In this document: one piece after another, positions 25,933-34,422 of the stretch
Layout: each line of letters begins with the position of its first letter
Numbering within the stretch: position 1 is the first letter of the stretch
Source: Microgenomates group bacterium RIFCSPHIGHO2_01_FULL_45_11
GTDB taxonomy: Bacteria > Patescibacteriota > Microgenomatia > UBA1400 > 2-01-FULL-45-11
Direction: 5' to 3'
Length of the DNA: 38,766 bases
Assembly: GCA_001803465.1 (NCBI GenBank)
Contig: MHDE01000005.1
Span: 17,310-56,075 of the forward strand
Made by a program: the position numbers and the translations under genes
Notes under the pieces: model-generated
What the model saw: the letters and a program-made list of their open reading frames with translations, nothing else
The model's database searches: none
What the model was told of the DNA's origin: nothing

Positions 25933-27432
25933 ATGGCTAAAGCTACGGTTAAAACTCCCTCCTTTCATCAGTTACTTAATCAGGATAAAGGCGAAGCCTA
26001 TCTAAAAAAAATTTTACCCCAGACCCCGACAGCTAAAAACCACTGGTTCTCACGCTGGTATCAGGAAACGGGGGAGTTTGGCGAAATTTACCCCAGTCAA
26101 GGCTTATTAAAGACTCCCTACGATTTTATCGATTCGGTCGGCAAAGTCCTTCTGGCTGAAGAAGAATTAGTAAAAACCTTGTCAAAACGCCATTTTCTGC
26201 TCACTTTGTTTAATCATCCTGACCGCCTTTCTGCTCTAAAAAAAGTTGATAAGGAAAAATTTATTGCCCCATCCCGGGTTGATTGTCCGGCCATAGATTA
26301 CGCTCAAAAACAGGGCCGGTCTCTTTCTGTCCGCGACCTTGGTACCACCATCCTCGGTACCGACCAACCCCGCGTCAGTCGCCGCGCCCTGTTAGCCACT
26401 GGCCCCTTTGTTAAAATCGGCCAGTTTGGCAGACATCCTTTTGTCGGTTCGGAAATGCCGGATATTTTCGGTAGCGCTGCGGCCCTGGCCACTATGGCTG
26501 CTTGTCACTGCCTCACCACTGTTCCCCGAAACGGCATTTTTTCTGACTTAAGGCGGCAATCAGACTTAGTCAAAGCCGTCTTCGCTTGGTTATCGGAGGA
26601 AGAAATCTTGGCTGGCCGCAGCGACAAAAGTTGGTTACTGAACCGGTGGCGCAGGAACCTCATGGTGGCTCTCGAGCCCCAGTTACCGCAAGCGGCCAAA
26701 AGAGCCGAAATGGCCTATAAAAATGGGGTGCGCGCCTTCCGCATTTACTCGCCCGAGCCGGGCACCGATGCCATCAAAGTAGTTAAGTCGCTCCGTCGTC
26801 TCTTCGGGGCAGATGTCGAAATTTTTGTTGGTCAGGTAGCTACCGTCAACCAAGCCCAGTCTTTCCAGTCAGTCGGCGCCGACGGCCTCTATGTCGGCAT
26901 TGGCGGCGGCGGCCGTTGTATCACCGGTGTTCGGAGCGGTTCGGTCATCGATTGGCCGGAACTGGTCTGGCAGCTACGGGGAAAAATATCACTACCGATA
27001 ATTGTCCAGGGCGGCGCCAGCGACCACATCGCTGTTACTCTCCTCTTCGGAGCCACCGGTATCGGCGTTTCCCGCATTGCCGGCGGCGGCACTATCGAAT
27101 CACCCGGAGGTTTACTCTATCTGGTCGATGCCAAAAATCAGTGGTTCAAACCCTATGGTGGCGAAGCCTCGGCCCGGACTAAATTCCTCGACAAAAAGAT
27201 GTTACCGTTTGGCATTCCTGCCTTTGTCGAGGGTGAAACTACCCGAGCGCTCAAAAGCTTTATGCCCTATATCGTTCCCACCCTTGCCTTTAATATCTTT
27301 CTTCTGCTTGAAGACACTATTCTTTCTTTGGTTTTTCGGGGGGTAAAAACCATCAGTCAATTGCAAGCCCTAAACCCGTCACCGCTGCGCCTCTTAACCG
27401 CTAGCGGTTTATACCAGCAAAACACTCACTGA
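25933..27432 (+). CDS. IMP dehydrogenase/GMP reductase-family TIM-barrel protein with long N-terminal extension
   Basis: Family-like stretches are PFVGSEMPDIFGSAAALATMA, the catalytic-loop-like VGIGGGGRCITGV and IIVQGGASDHIAVTLLFGATGIGVS. Confidence 0.7.
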   Translation: MAKATVKTPSFHQLLNQDKGEAYLKKILPQTPTAKNHWFSRWYQETGEFGEIYPSQGLLKTPYDFIDSVGKVLLAEEELVKTLSKRHFLLTLFNHPDRLSALKKVDKEKFIAPSRVDCPAIDYAQKQGRSLSVRDLGTTILGTDQPRVSRRALLATGPFVKIGQFGRHPFVGSEMPDIFGSAAALATMAACHCLTTVPRNGIFSDLRRQSDLVKAVFAWLSEEEILAGRSDKSWLLNRWRRNLMVALEPQLPQAAKRAEMAYKNGVRAFRIYSPEPGTDAIKVVKSLRRLFGADVEIFVGQVATVNQAQSFQSVGADGLYVGIGGGGRCITGVRSGSVIDWPELVWQLRGKISLPIIVQGGASDHIAVTLLFGATGIGVSRIAGGGTIESPGGLLYLVDAKNQWFKPYGGEASARTKFLDKKMLPFGIPAFVEGETTRALKSFMPYIVPTLAFNIFLLLEDTILSLVFRGVKTISQLQALNPSPLRLLTASGLYQQNTH

Positions 27433-27550
27433 AAATAATTAATCTGTAAATACAAAGTTTTTATCTGACGAGTCCTATCGCGAGTTTTCCCTCAAACACC
27501 CAAGGTGACCCCTTTGTGGACATCCCTACCAACTCACCCGCTTATTCGAG

Positions 27551-27724
27551 CCTGGAAGAAAACCAAGAGCGTTAGCTCTTGGATGAATTCCAGGCAGGAC
27601 GTCAAACGTCCTAGCCACGTTAGACGTGGCAGAACATTACGTCAGTAACATCGGCCAAGTCAGACTTGGCGTAGATATACTTCTCCCCGACATAATGTCG
27701 GGGAATACCACGGGCGTCAGCCCG
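27551..27724. repeat. Array of seven consecutive short hairpins (stems 4-8 bp, loops 3-4 nt)
   Basis: H1 is cctggaa/ttccagg enclosing ccaagagc-gtta-gctcttgg. H2 is aggacgt-caa-acgtcct. H3 is gccacgt-tag-acgtggc. H4 is ttac-gtca-gtaa. H5 is gccaagt-cag-acttggc. H6 is ccccgaca-taa-tgtcgggg. H7 is cgggc-gtca-gcccg. Confidence 0.85.
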
Positions 27725-27851
27725 GGGAAGTTTATTTTGATAGCATTTCGTAAATTAATTGACCTTCTCGTTATCATATTCATTATTTCAAGATACTAAT
27801 AATTTCTACCTTAGCGAAACATAAACCGTTAAAGTTTTTACTTTCTCCTCA

Positions 27852-27880
27852 TTGTTCATTACTTCTAGTTGTGTTAGAAT
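27852..27880 (+). promoter_or_regulatory. Candidate sigma70-type promoter for the rpsF operon
   Basis: The elements are ttgttc (27852-27857), a 17-nt spacer and tagaat (27875-27880), with TG at -15/-14. This implies a 5' UTR of about 200 nt. Confidence 0.3.
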
Positions 27881-28089
27881 CACGGCCAGACTAAACGCAA
27901 ACTCATTTTTAAATTGAAGTTGCCATTAACGTGTACTACCCCGAAGTATCAAGATTTACGCTTGACCGCCTCTTGATGAAACGGCTGCTCGCCGTCAGCG
28001 ATTTAACTGAGCTCATCGTCAAAGTCTTGTCAAAGGGAATAGGTAGCCTTTGTAAAATCTGATGCCAAGTGGTAGAAGTAAGGAATAGC

Positions 28090-28368
28090 GTGAACCAATA
28101 CGAACTAACGATTATCGTTCCTGCGACGGCCGAGTCGGTGGCCAGCCTAAAAGAAGTCATAAAAAAGTTGATTACCGCCTTCAAAGGCAAAATTATTGAA
28201 GAGATGGACTGGGGCGAGCGTTCCTTAGCCTACGCCATTGCCAAATACGACAAGGGTTTCTATCTGCATTTTCTGGTAGAATTGCCTCAGGCGGCAGTCA
28301 ACGACCTTGAAAAGAAGGTTCGTCAACAGAAGGGGATTATTCGATCATTACTGGTCAAGAAACAATGA
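28090..28368 (+). CDS. rpsF: 30S ribosomal protein S6
   Basis: It starts at GTG 28090 after the SD aaggaa and begins (M)NQYELTIIV, typical of S6. It is followed by ssb and rpsR. Confidence 0.9.
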   Translation: MNQYELTIIVPATAESVASLKEVIKKLITAFKGKIIEEMDWGERSLAYAIAKYDKGFYLHFLVELPQAAVNDLEKKVRQQKGIIRSLLVKKQ

Positions 28369-28499
28369 AGCTTCCGGACGTTTCGGCCGGAAAGGCCAGA
28401 CATCCGGGGTTTTACCCAACGTATTTCACGAAAGGGGATAAATTAAAGCTTGGATTCTTCTAACTATCAATTAGTCTAGGTTTAGAAAGAGGGGAAATT

Positions 28500-29039
28500 A
28501 TGGCAGCCCGTTCATTAAATAAAGTTTTGTTAATAGGTAATCTTACCAGAGATCCGGAATTGCGCTATACGCCTCAAGGCACGCCTGTTTGCACCTTTGG
28601 TCTAGCCACCAACCGAACCTGGACACCCACGGACAGCAACGAAAAACAGGAAGAGACAGAGTTTCACCGCATTGTGGCTTGGTCCAAGTTGGCCGAGATT
28701 TGCGCCCAACTTCTTTACAAAGGCAGGAAAGTTTTTGTCGAAGGCAGATTACAAACCAGAAAGTGGCAAACTGCCGACGGCCATGATCGGGAGACCACCG
28801 AGGTGGTCATCGACAACATGATTGCTCTGGGTGCTCCCAAAGGCGTCCCCGTGGCCGAGGAAGAATACGAAATGGTCCCCGAAACCGCTGTCACCCAACC
28901 GGCGCCGGAGGCAGAGGTTAGCCAACCGATCACTCCCGCTCCCGCACAGACTAAAGTTAAGAGAGGAAAAAAGGGCAAAAGTGACAGTGATGGCACTCCA
29001 GCCGATCAAGACGTTCCGGCCGACGACATTCCCTTTTAA
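28500..29039 (+). CDS. ssb: Single-stranded DNA-binding protein
   Basis: It has an OB fold ([22 protein letters not shown]), an acidic tail and the terminal DDIPF. Confidence 0.95.
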   Translation: MAARSLNKVLLIGNLTRDPELRYTPQGTPVCTFGLATNRTWTPTDSNEKQEETEFHRIVAWSKLAEICAQLLYKGRKVFVEGRLQTRKWQTADGHDRETTEVVIDNMIALGAPKGVPVAEEEYEMVPETAVTQPAPEAEVSQPITPAPAQTKVKRGKKGKSDSDGTPADQDVPADDIPF

Positions 29040-29062
29040 CTACCTTAACATTCATTCTTATT

Positions 29063-29332
29063 ATGGCAAGAACACCCGTTGAAAATAAAACTCCCTCGAC
29101 CTCACGCTCGGGGTATTCAGCGAGGGGCGATAAGCTAAAACCTCTGCCACCCCCGGCCACTCTGCCGGACTACAAAGACGTCAAAGGCTTACAGCGTTAT
29201 CTGGACGATCGGGGAAAAATTATTCCCGCCGCTCGTTCCGGTTTGTCGGCGCGGCAACAACGCCGTATTGCTCGGGAAATTAAACGTGCCAGACACTTAG
29301 CCCTACTTCCTTTTACCCAAACACTTCATTAG
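29063..29332 (+). CDS. rpsR: 30S ribosomal protein S18
   Basis: Characteristic sequence is [49 protein letters not shown]. Confidence 0.92.
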   Translation: MARTPVENKTPSTSRSGYSARGDKLKPLPPPATLPDYKDVKGLQRYLDDRGKIIPAARSGLSARQQRRIAREIKRARHLALLPFTQTLH

Positions 29333-29396
29333 TCAAAAGTCTCCGCCGCCAATTCGTGGTATGATAGTTTGTTACGTTGTCCTGACATTTCATCGG

Positions 29397-29523
29397 ACTG
29401 ACAATAATCTTAAACATTATGTGTTGTTAACTGCGCCAAGTCAGACTTGGCTGCGCTCACTGCCAATAATCTAACGATTATGTCTTGTTCATTACTTTCA
29501 CTGCCAATAATCTAACGATTATG
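29397..29523 (+). repeat. Tandem triplication of the ctpA start region
   Basis: cactgccaataatctaacgattatg is exactly repeated at 29458-29482 and 29499-29523. A degenerate copy, actgacaataatcttaaacattatg, lies at 29397-29421. The hairpin gccaagtcagacttggc (29434-29450) is inserted between copies 1 and 2. Confidence 0.85.
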
Positions 29524-30795
29524 CGCCTTCGCCTCACCTTATCAGCCATCCGCAAATTGGGCCTTGGTCTACTCTTGGTCATCGTTGGCTTCGGCGGCGG
29601 CTATTTCTTCGGTTTACGCCAAACCACCTGGGGTAGCAAGCCTTTAGTCCGCTTGGTTAACTACGAACCCCCCGTTGAGTATCAAGACCTTGACTTCGCC
29701 CTTTTTTGGGAAGTCTGGCAACGCCTCGAGAAAAATTATTTAGACACTACTAAAATTGATCCTGAAAAAATGGTCTACGGTGCCATCAAAGGTATGACCG
29801 CCGCTTTGGGCGATCCCTACACCGTTTTTTTGCCGCCGGAAGAAAATCAACAAGCTAAGGAGGACTTAAACGGTGAATTTGGTGGCGTTGGCATCGAGCT
29901 CGGCTATATAAAAGGCCAACTGGCAGTGATGGCCCCTCTAGAAAACACCCCTTCGAAGCAGGCAGGTATCAAAGCCGGCGATCTCATTCTCCACATTAAA
30001 GACGAGAAGAAAAATCTTAACATTGATACCATTGGCTTAAGTCTCCAGGAAGCCGTCACCTACATCAGGGGGCCAAAAGGCCAAGCTGTCATCTTAACTC
30101 TTTATCGGCAGGGCAAAGGGGATTTCGAAGTCAACTTAATTCGCGATAAAATCATGGTTCCCTCAGTCGAACTAGATCTGGGTAGCTGGGGAGATACGGG
30201 CTGGCAGGAATCTGCTGCCGGTGATATCGCTTGGCTAAAATTGTACCGTTTTGGTGAGAATACCCAAAGCCAGTGGGATGAAGCCGTCACCACTATTATC
30301 AGAAACCGCTCCCACCTAGAGGGAATCGTCTTAGACCTTCGCAATAACCCCGGTGGCTACTTTCAGGGAGCCATCGATGTGGCCAGCGAGTTTATCGCCG
30401 ACGGCGTCATTGTTCAACAGCAAGGTAAAAGTGACCAGGAAACGTTCAGCGTTCAGCGCCGCGGCAAGCTCATCGACCTACCCCTGGTAGTCATTATCAA
30501 TAAGGGTAGTGCTTCGGCCAGCGAAATCTTAGCTGGGGCTTTGCGCGATCGTTTGGACGTTAAACTCGTCGGCGAGCGCAGTTTTGGCAAGGGGACAGTC
30601 CAGGACGCCGTCGATTTAAGGAATAATTCAGGTTTGCATATTACCATTGCGCGGTGGTTACTGCCCGATGGCGACTGGATTCACGACGAAGGCTTGGCTC
30701 CTGACATCGAAGTCAGCTTGCCAGAAGCTACCGAAGACCAGCCTGAACCTGAAGATACTCAGTTGAAACGGGCGATTGAAGAGTTGAAAAAATAA
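29521..30795 (+). CDS. ctpA: S41 carboxy-terminal processing peptidase with PDZ domain
   Basis: Motifs seen are LDLRNNPGG, GSASASEI and FGKGTVQ, plus an N-terminal TM anchor. The start is taken at ATG 29521 (MRLRLTL). Confidence 0.88.
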   Translation: MRLRLTLSAIRKLGLGLLLVIVGFGGGYFFGLRQTTWGSKPLVRLVNYEPPVEYQDLDFALFWEVWQRLEKNYLDTTKIDPEKMVYGAIKGMTAALGDPYTVFLPPEENQQAKEDLNGEFGGVGIELGYIKGQLAVMAPLENTPSKQAGIKAGDLILHIKDEKKNLNIDTIGLSLQEAVTYIRGPKGQAVILTLYRQGKGDFEVNLIRDKIMVPSVELDLGSWGDTGWQESAAGDIAWLKLYRFGENTQSQWDEAVTTIIRNRSHLEGIVLDLRNNPGGYFQGAIDVASEFIADGVIVQQQGKSDQETFSVQRRGKLIDLPLVVIINKGSASASEILAGALRDRLDVKLVGERSFGKGTVQDAVDLRNNSGLHITIARWLLPDGDWIHDEGLAPDIEVSLPEATEDQPEPEDTQLKRAIEELKK

Positions 30796-30822
30796 CTTTA
30801 AGAATTTAAGATTGGAAAAGTG

Positions 30823-31986
30823 ATGAAGTCAATCGGTCGATCAGTCATCGCTCTCCTGGTCATTATCATCTTAACCGCCTCTTTCTTAGGTGGGGCCATT
30901 GCCGACCGCCTCTTTGTCATTAAGCCCTTAAACTACCTCATTCCCCGGGGAGATTTTAAGATTGGCGATACCTCCTTTACCCAAAAAATCCTCAACGAAG
31001 AATCAGTCGTTATCGACGTTGCCGAAGAAGCCGCGCCTTCGGTGGTCACCGTTTCCATCAAAGCCGAGCGGCGAGTCTTGGAGCCGTTCTTCTTAGACCC
31101 CTTTGGACTTTTTGGTGAGGGCCTGCGGGGTCGCAGTCGCACCGAAACCATCGAACAAGACATTGGTTCCGGCTTTGTTGTCGACAAAGGCCTGGTAGTC
31201 ACCAACCGCCATGTGGTCAGCAACACCAGCGCCGAGTATAAAATCATCGACCGCGATAATAAAGAGTATGTCGTCGAAAGAATATATCGTGACCCGGCCA
31301 ACGACTTAGCCATTCTCCAAGTTAGTTCCGACTTAAGACCCATTGAACTCGGGGATAGTGGCAACTTAAAAGTCGGCCAATTCGTCATTGCTATCGGTAC
31401 GGCTTTAGGAGAATTTCGTCACACCGTCACTACCGGTGTCATCTCCGGCCTCGGCCGCGGCATCACCGCCGGCGATAGCTTGGGCGGTTTTGTGGAGGAA
31501 CTCGATAATGTCATCCAAACTGACGCCGCCATTAACCCCGGCAACTCGGGCGGCCCACTGTTAAATAGCGCCGGTCAAGTCATCGGTATCAACACCGCTG
31601 TCTCTGCTAGTGGCGAAAACGTTGGCTTTGCCATCCCCATCAATGTTCTCAAAGACTCACTCACCAATTTCGAAACTACCGGCCGTTTTGACCGCGCTTT
31701 TTTGGGAGTGCGCTACCGGATGATCCCCAAAGAAACAGCCCTCTTAAACGATGTTCCCGAAGGTGCCTACATCGTCGAAGTGGTTGACGGCTCTCCCGCT
31801 GCCAATGCCGGCATCGAAACCGGCGATATCATCACTAAAATCGACGGCCAGGTTCTTAAAGAAGCTGACGGGGGACTGGCCACTATCATTAACCGCAAAA
31901 AATCAGGCGAAACCGCCAAAATAGAACTCTGGCGTAACGGCGAAACCCAAACCATCGACGTCAAATTAGAAGGACAAGGAAATTAA
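30823..31986 (+). CDS. htrA: HtrA/DegP-family serine protease with one PDZ domain
   Basis: The catalytic triad context is TNRHV, DLAIL and GNSGGPL. The C-terminal region is PDZ-like ([15 protein letters not shown]). An N-terminal TM segment is present. Confidence 0.9.
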   Translation: MKSIGRSVIALLVIIILTASFLGGAIADRLFVIKPLNYLIPRGDFKIGDTSFTQKILNEESVVIDVAEEAAPSVVTVSIKAERRVLEPFFLDPFGLFGEGLRGRSRTETIEQDIGSGFVVDKGLVVTNRHVVSNTSAEYKIIDRDNKEYVVERIYRDPANDLAILQVSSDLRPIELGDSGNLKVGQFVIAIGTALGEFRHTVTTGVISGLGRGITAGDSLGGFVEELDNVIQTDAAINPGNSGGPLLNSAGQVIGINTAVSASGENVGFAIPINVLKDSLTNFETTGRFDRAFLGVRYRMIPKETALLNDVPEGAYIVEVVDGSPAANAGIETGDIITKIDGQVLKEADGGLATIINRKKSGETAKIELWRNGETQTIDVKLEGQGN

Positions 31987-32882
31987 GCTGAATACACCTT
32001 TTTAAGGGTCTGATTAATTAAGTCTAAATCTCCCTCTAAAATCCCCCCCAGGTTATACCAGCTTTCATTAATCCGGTGGTCAGTCACCCGGTTTTGGGGG
32101 AAATTATAGGTTCGGATTTTTTCTGCCCGCATCGCTCTGCCAACGGCCGCTTTTCGTTGCGCCTCAAGATTTGATAACCGCTTTTCTTCCTCCATCTCCC
32201 ACAAGCGCGACCGCAACAGCTGTAAAGCAATCTCTTTATTCTGTTGTTGAAACCGCTCTTGCCGGCAATGGACCACAATCCCGCTCGGCCGATGCGTCAG
32301 CGTGACCGCCGTATTCACTTTATTGACATTTTGCCCGCCATGGCCGCCGGCTCGGGAAAATTTCCACTCTAAATCATCTTCTTTAATTTCAACTTGATTG
32401 GGTTGAATCTCCGGTAAAACCGCCACACTGGCGGTACTGGTATGAATCCGGCCGCTCGCTTCTGTTTCCGGCACTCGTTGCACCCGGTGCACTCCCGACT
32501 CATATTTAAAAGCTCCATACGCACCCTTACCGGCAACCTTAATCACTCCTGAATCTAAGAGAGCGACTTTGTAACCTTTTCGTTCTGCAAACCGGCTATA
32601 CATTCGTAGCAGTTCCTCCGCCCAAATTTTAGCCTCTTCACCGCCGGCACCCGGTCGAACTTCGATGAGGGCATTAACTAAATCAAAAGAAGCTTGAGGC
32701 GTCGTCGCCGACTTCTCATTATCAGTTATTGTCGTCAGCGCTTGAGTTAAAGCTGCCTGTTGCTCTTTTAGTTTGGCGATTTCCTCTTGGGCCAAAGCCG
32801 CCAGTTCCGGATCGGTAAGTAACTTTTCGTGTTCGGAAATTTTTTGGCTAATCCGGTCAATCTCTATCTGCAATTGGTTCAT
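31983..32882 (-). CDS. prfA: Peptide chain release factor 1, short form (299 aa)
   Basis: It is RF1-type ([17 protein letters not shown], a PxT motif and no SPF) and carries GGQ in [12 protein letters not shown]. Confidence 0.88.
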   Translation of the reverse strand: MNQLQIEIDRISQKISEHEKLLTDPELAALAQEEIAKLKEQQAALTQALTTITDNEKSATTPQASFDLVNALIEVRPGAGGEEAKIWAEELLRMYSRFAERKGYKVALLDSGVIKVAGKGAYGAFKYESGVHRVQRVPETEASGRIHTSTASVAVLPEIQPNQVEIKEDDLEWKFSRAGGHGGQNVNKVNTAVTLTHRPSGIVVHCRQERFQQQNKEIALQLLRSRLWEMEEEKRLSNLEAQRKAAVGRAMRAEKIRTYNFPQNRVTDHRINESWYNLGGILEGDLDLINQTLKKVYSA

Positions 32883-32932
32883 AGTTGTTTCTTATAGCAT
32901 ACCACCGTTGAGTTAGGGGATACGTCATCCCA

Positions 32933-32956
32933 CTTTAATTTTTTAAAAAATTAAAG
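32933..32956. repeat. Perfect 24-nt AT palindrome
   Basis: The sequence is ctttaatttttt|aaaaaattaaag, between rpmE and prfA. The adjacent hairpin gggat-acgtc-atccc lies at about 32917-32931. Confidence 0.8.
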
Positions 32957-32975
32957 TATTGGGGTACGATAAGAG

Positions 32976-33308
32976 TTAGCGTTTGGAAACGACCTGTTCC
33001 TGTTGGAGTCTTTTCTTTTCCGACATTAGCATTTCCTTGAGCGTCTCCGGCCGGTACTGTTTCTTGGCTTTCAGTTTCTTTTCCACTCTTTTCTTCAGAT
33101 ATTCACTGGCCAGCCTCTGCTTTTTCTGGAATTTTTCAACTCGACCTTGAACGTCAACGTACCTCATCTCTCCGGTAAAAAAGGGGTGGCAGGCCGAACA
33201 AATGTCCACCGTAATTTCCGGCTTGGTCGAGCCGGTCACAAAAGTGTTGCCGCAGGCGCAGGTTACTTTAGCATCATCATGCCAGGTCGGATGAATGTCA
33301 ACTTTCAT
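32976..33308 (-). CDS. rpmE: 50S ribosomal protein L31 (zinc-binding type) with K-rich C-terminal extension
   Basis: The sequence is [10 protein letters not shown]...CACGNTF...[10 protein letters not shown]...GRVEKFQKK plus about 40 extra residues. Confidence 0.92.
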   Translation of the reverse strand: MKVDIHPTWHDDAKVTCACGNTFVTGSTKPEITVDICSACHPFFTGEMRYVDVQGRVEKFQKKQRLASEYLKKRVEKKLKAKKQYRPETLKEMLMSEKKRLQQEQVVSKR

Positions 33309-33340
33309 AACGAGATATCAATAACTTCTTCCTAAGCGTT

Positions 33341-33371
33341 ACATCGGCCAAGTCTATCTTGGCGTAGATAT
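33341..33371. repeat. Dispersed palindromic element acatcggccaagtc-NNN-cttggcgtagatat
   Basis: 28 of 31 nt are identical to 27647-27677; only the 3 loop bases differ. The core hairpin is also present at 29434-29450. Confidence 0.85.
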
Positions 33372-33413
33372 GGGGGAATTGTATCAAATTTTGCTCCACC
33401 TGAAAAGGTCTGG

Positions 33414-34391
33414 TCAACGCTTAGTTTTACTGACCGCTCTTTTAGCCGGCGGTCTCCGCTCGGCAATAAACACTCCCACCGTGGTTAAAATTAACGCCGC
33501 TACCATAACGAGATTCAATCGTTCTTTAAGCCACAGAGTCGCCAGCGGTATCGTCACCAACGGCTGCAAATAGCCAAACAGCGACGCTTCTGAGGCTTCG
33601 ATTTTATCATTACCATAGATGTAGGCAGTCCAGCCTATGAGCGATCCAAAAATCCCCATGTACAAACTCGCTATCAGTACGCTCGGTACCCTTAATCCCG
33701 ACAAAGCTACCTGCGGCAGGGCTGCCATCGGCGTCGCAAACATAAACAACAGGTAGAACCCGATTAAGCCCACCCATAAGCCGACCAGTCCCACTAATAA
33801 TTTCGGCACCTTCCGATACACCCGTTTGGCTAACAACAGGTACACAGCCCACAAGAGGTTATGACCGATTACCAGCATGTTGCCAAAAACGCTTGAAGCC
33901 TGTTTTCCGCCGTTCGGGAAAAATAGCGGCTCCAGGGTTAAAATTAGCATGCCGATGAGAGCTAAAATCAAGCCGACAAACTCTTGTGGCTCCTCCTTTT
34001 CTTTTAAAAACAGTATCCCGCCCACAATCACCAAAATCGGCGCCGCGTTAGCGATGAGCGTTGCCTCCAAAGATGAAGTCCGTTTCAAACCTTCGTAAAG
34101 AAAAGACAAGGCTCCGACCACTCCAATTACTTCCAGCCCGACAATCGTCATCAGTTGAGTTAGACTCGGCCTTAGGCGGCAGATTAAGTAGACCAGAATC
34201 GGCAAAGACACCATCGCTGCCAAAAGGTAGCGGTAGAAAAGATATTGAAACGGCGTTACAAACTCCAGTGCCGGCTTGACAATCGGCAACGCCGCTCCCC
34301 AAACGACGGTGTTAATTAGCAGGGCCAGGTATGCTAGTTTGCGCTGTTTCGTCACCCTTACATGATGGCAGACCGCTAACCCCTTGGTCAA
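33414..34391 (-). CDS. EamA/DMT-family transporter (about 10 TM)
   Basis: It is repetitively hydrophobic with two EamA-like halves. The start codon is uncertain. Confidence 0.75.
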   Translation of the reverse strand: MTKGLAVCHHVRVTKQRKLAYLALLINTVVWGAALPIVKPALEFVTPFQYLFYRYLLAAMVSLPILVYLICRLRPSLTQLMTIVGLEVIGVVGALSFLYEGLKRTSSLEATLIANAAPILVIVGGILFLKEKEEPQEFVGLILALIGMLILTLEPLFFPNGGKQASSVFGNMLVIGHNLLWAVYLLLAKRVYRKVPKLLVGLVGLWVGLIGFYLLFMFATPMAALPQVALSGLRVPSVLIASLYMGIFGSLIGWTAYIYGNDKIEASEASLFGYLQPLVTIPLATLWLKERLNLVMVAALILTTVGVFIAERRPPAKRAVSKTKR

Positions 34392-34422
34392 GACGAGATT
34401 GGCTTTGGAGGAGTGAGGCTAG

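Noticed and set aside
27465-27472. CUGACGAG, resembling the hammerhead ribozyme CUGANGA core
   Set aside because: There is no downstream GAAA box, and no stem I/II/III arrangement can be drawn around it. It is most likely a chance match.
27551-27724. Possible CRISPR array
   Set aside because: The units have different sequences, abut one another without spacers, are only 12-44 nt long, and no cas genes are present. I report the region as a hairpin array instead.
27936-28190. 84-aa minus-strand ORF overlapping the rpsF start
   Set aside because: It is antisense to the well-supported rpsF gene and its leader. It has no SD and no recognisable family.
31983-32882. Programmed +1 frameshift as in prfB
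   Set aside because: The gene is RF1-type (PxT context, no SPF) and is read as one uninterrupted frame. No frameshift is expected or seen.
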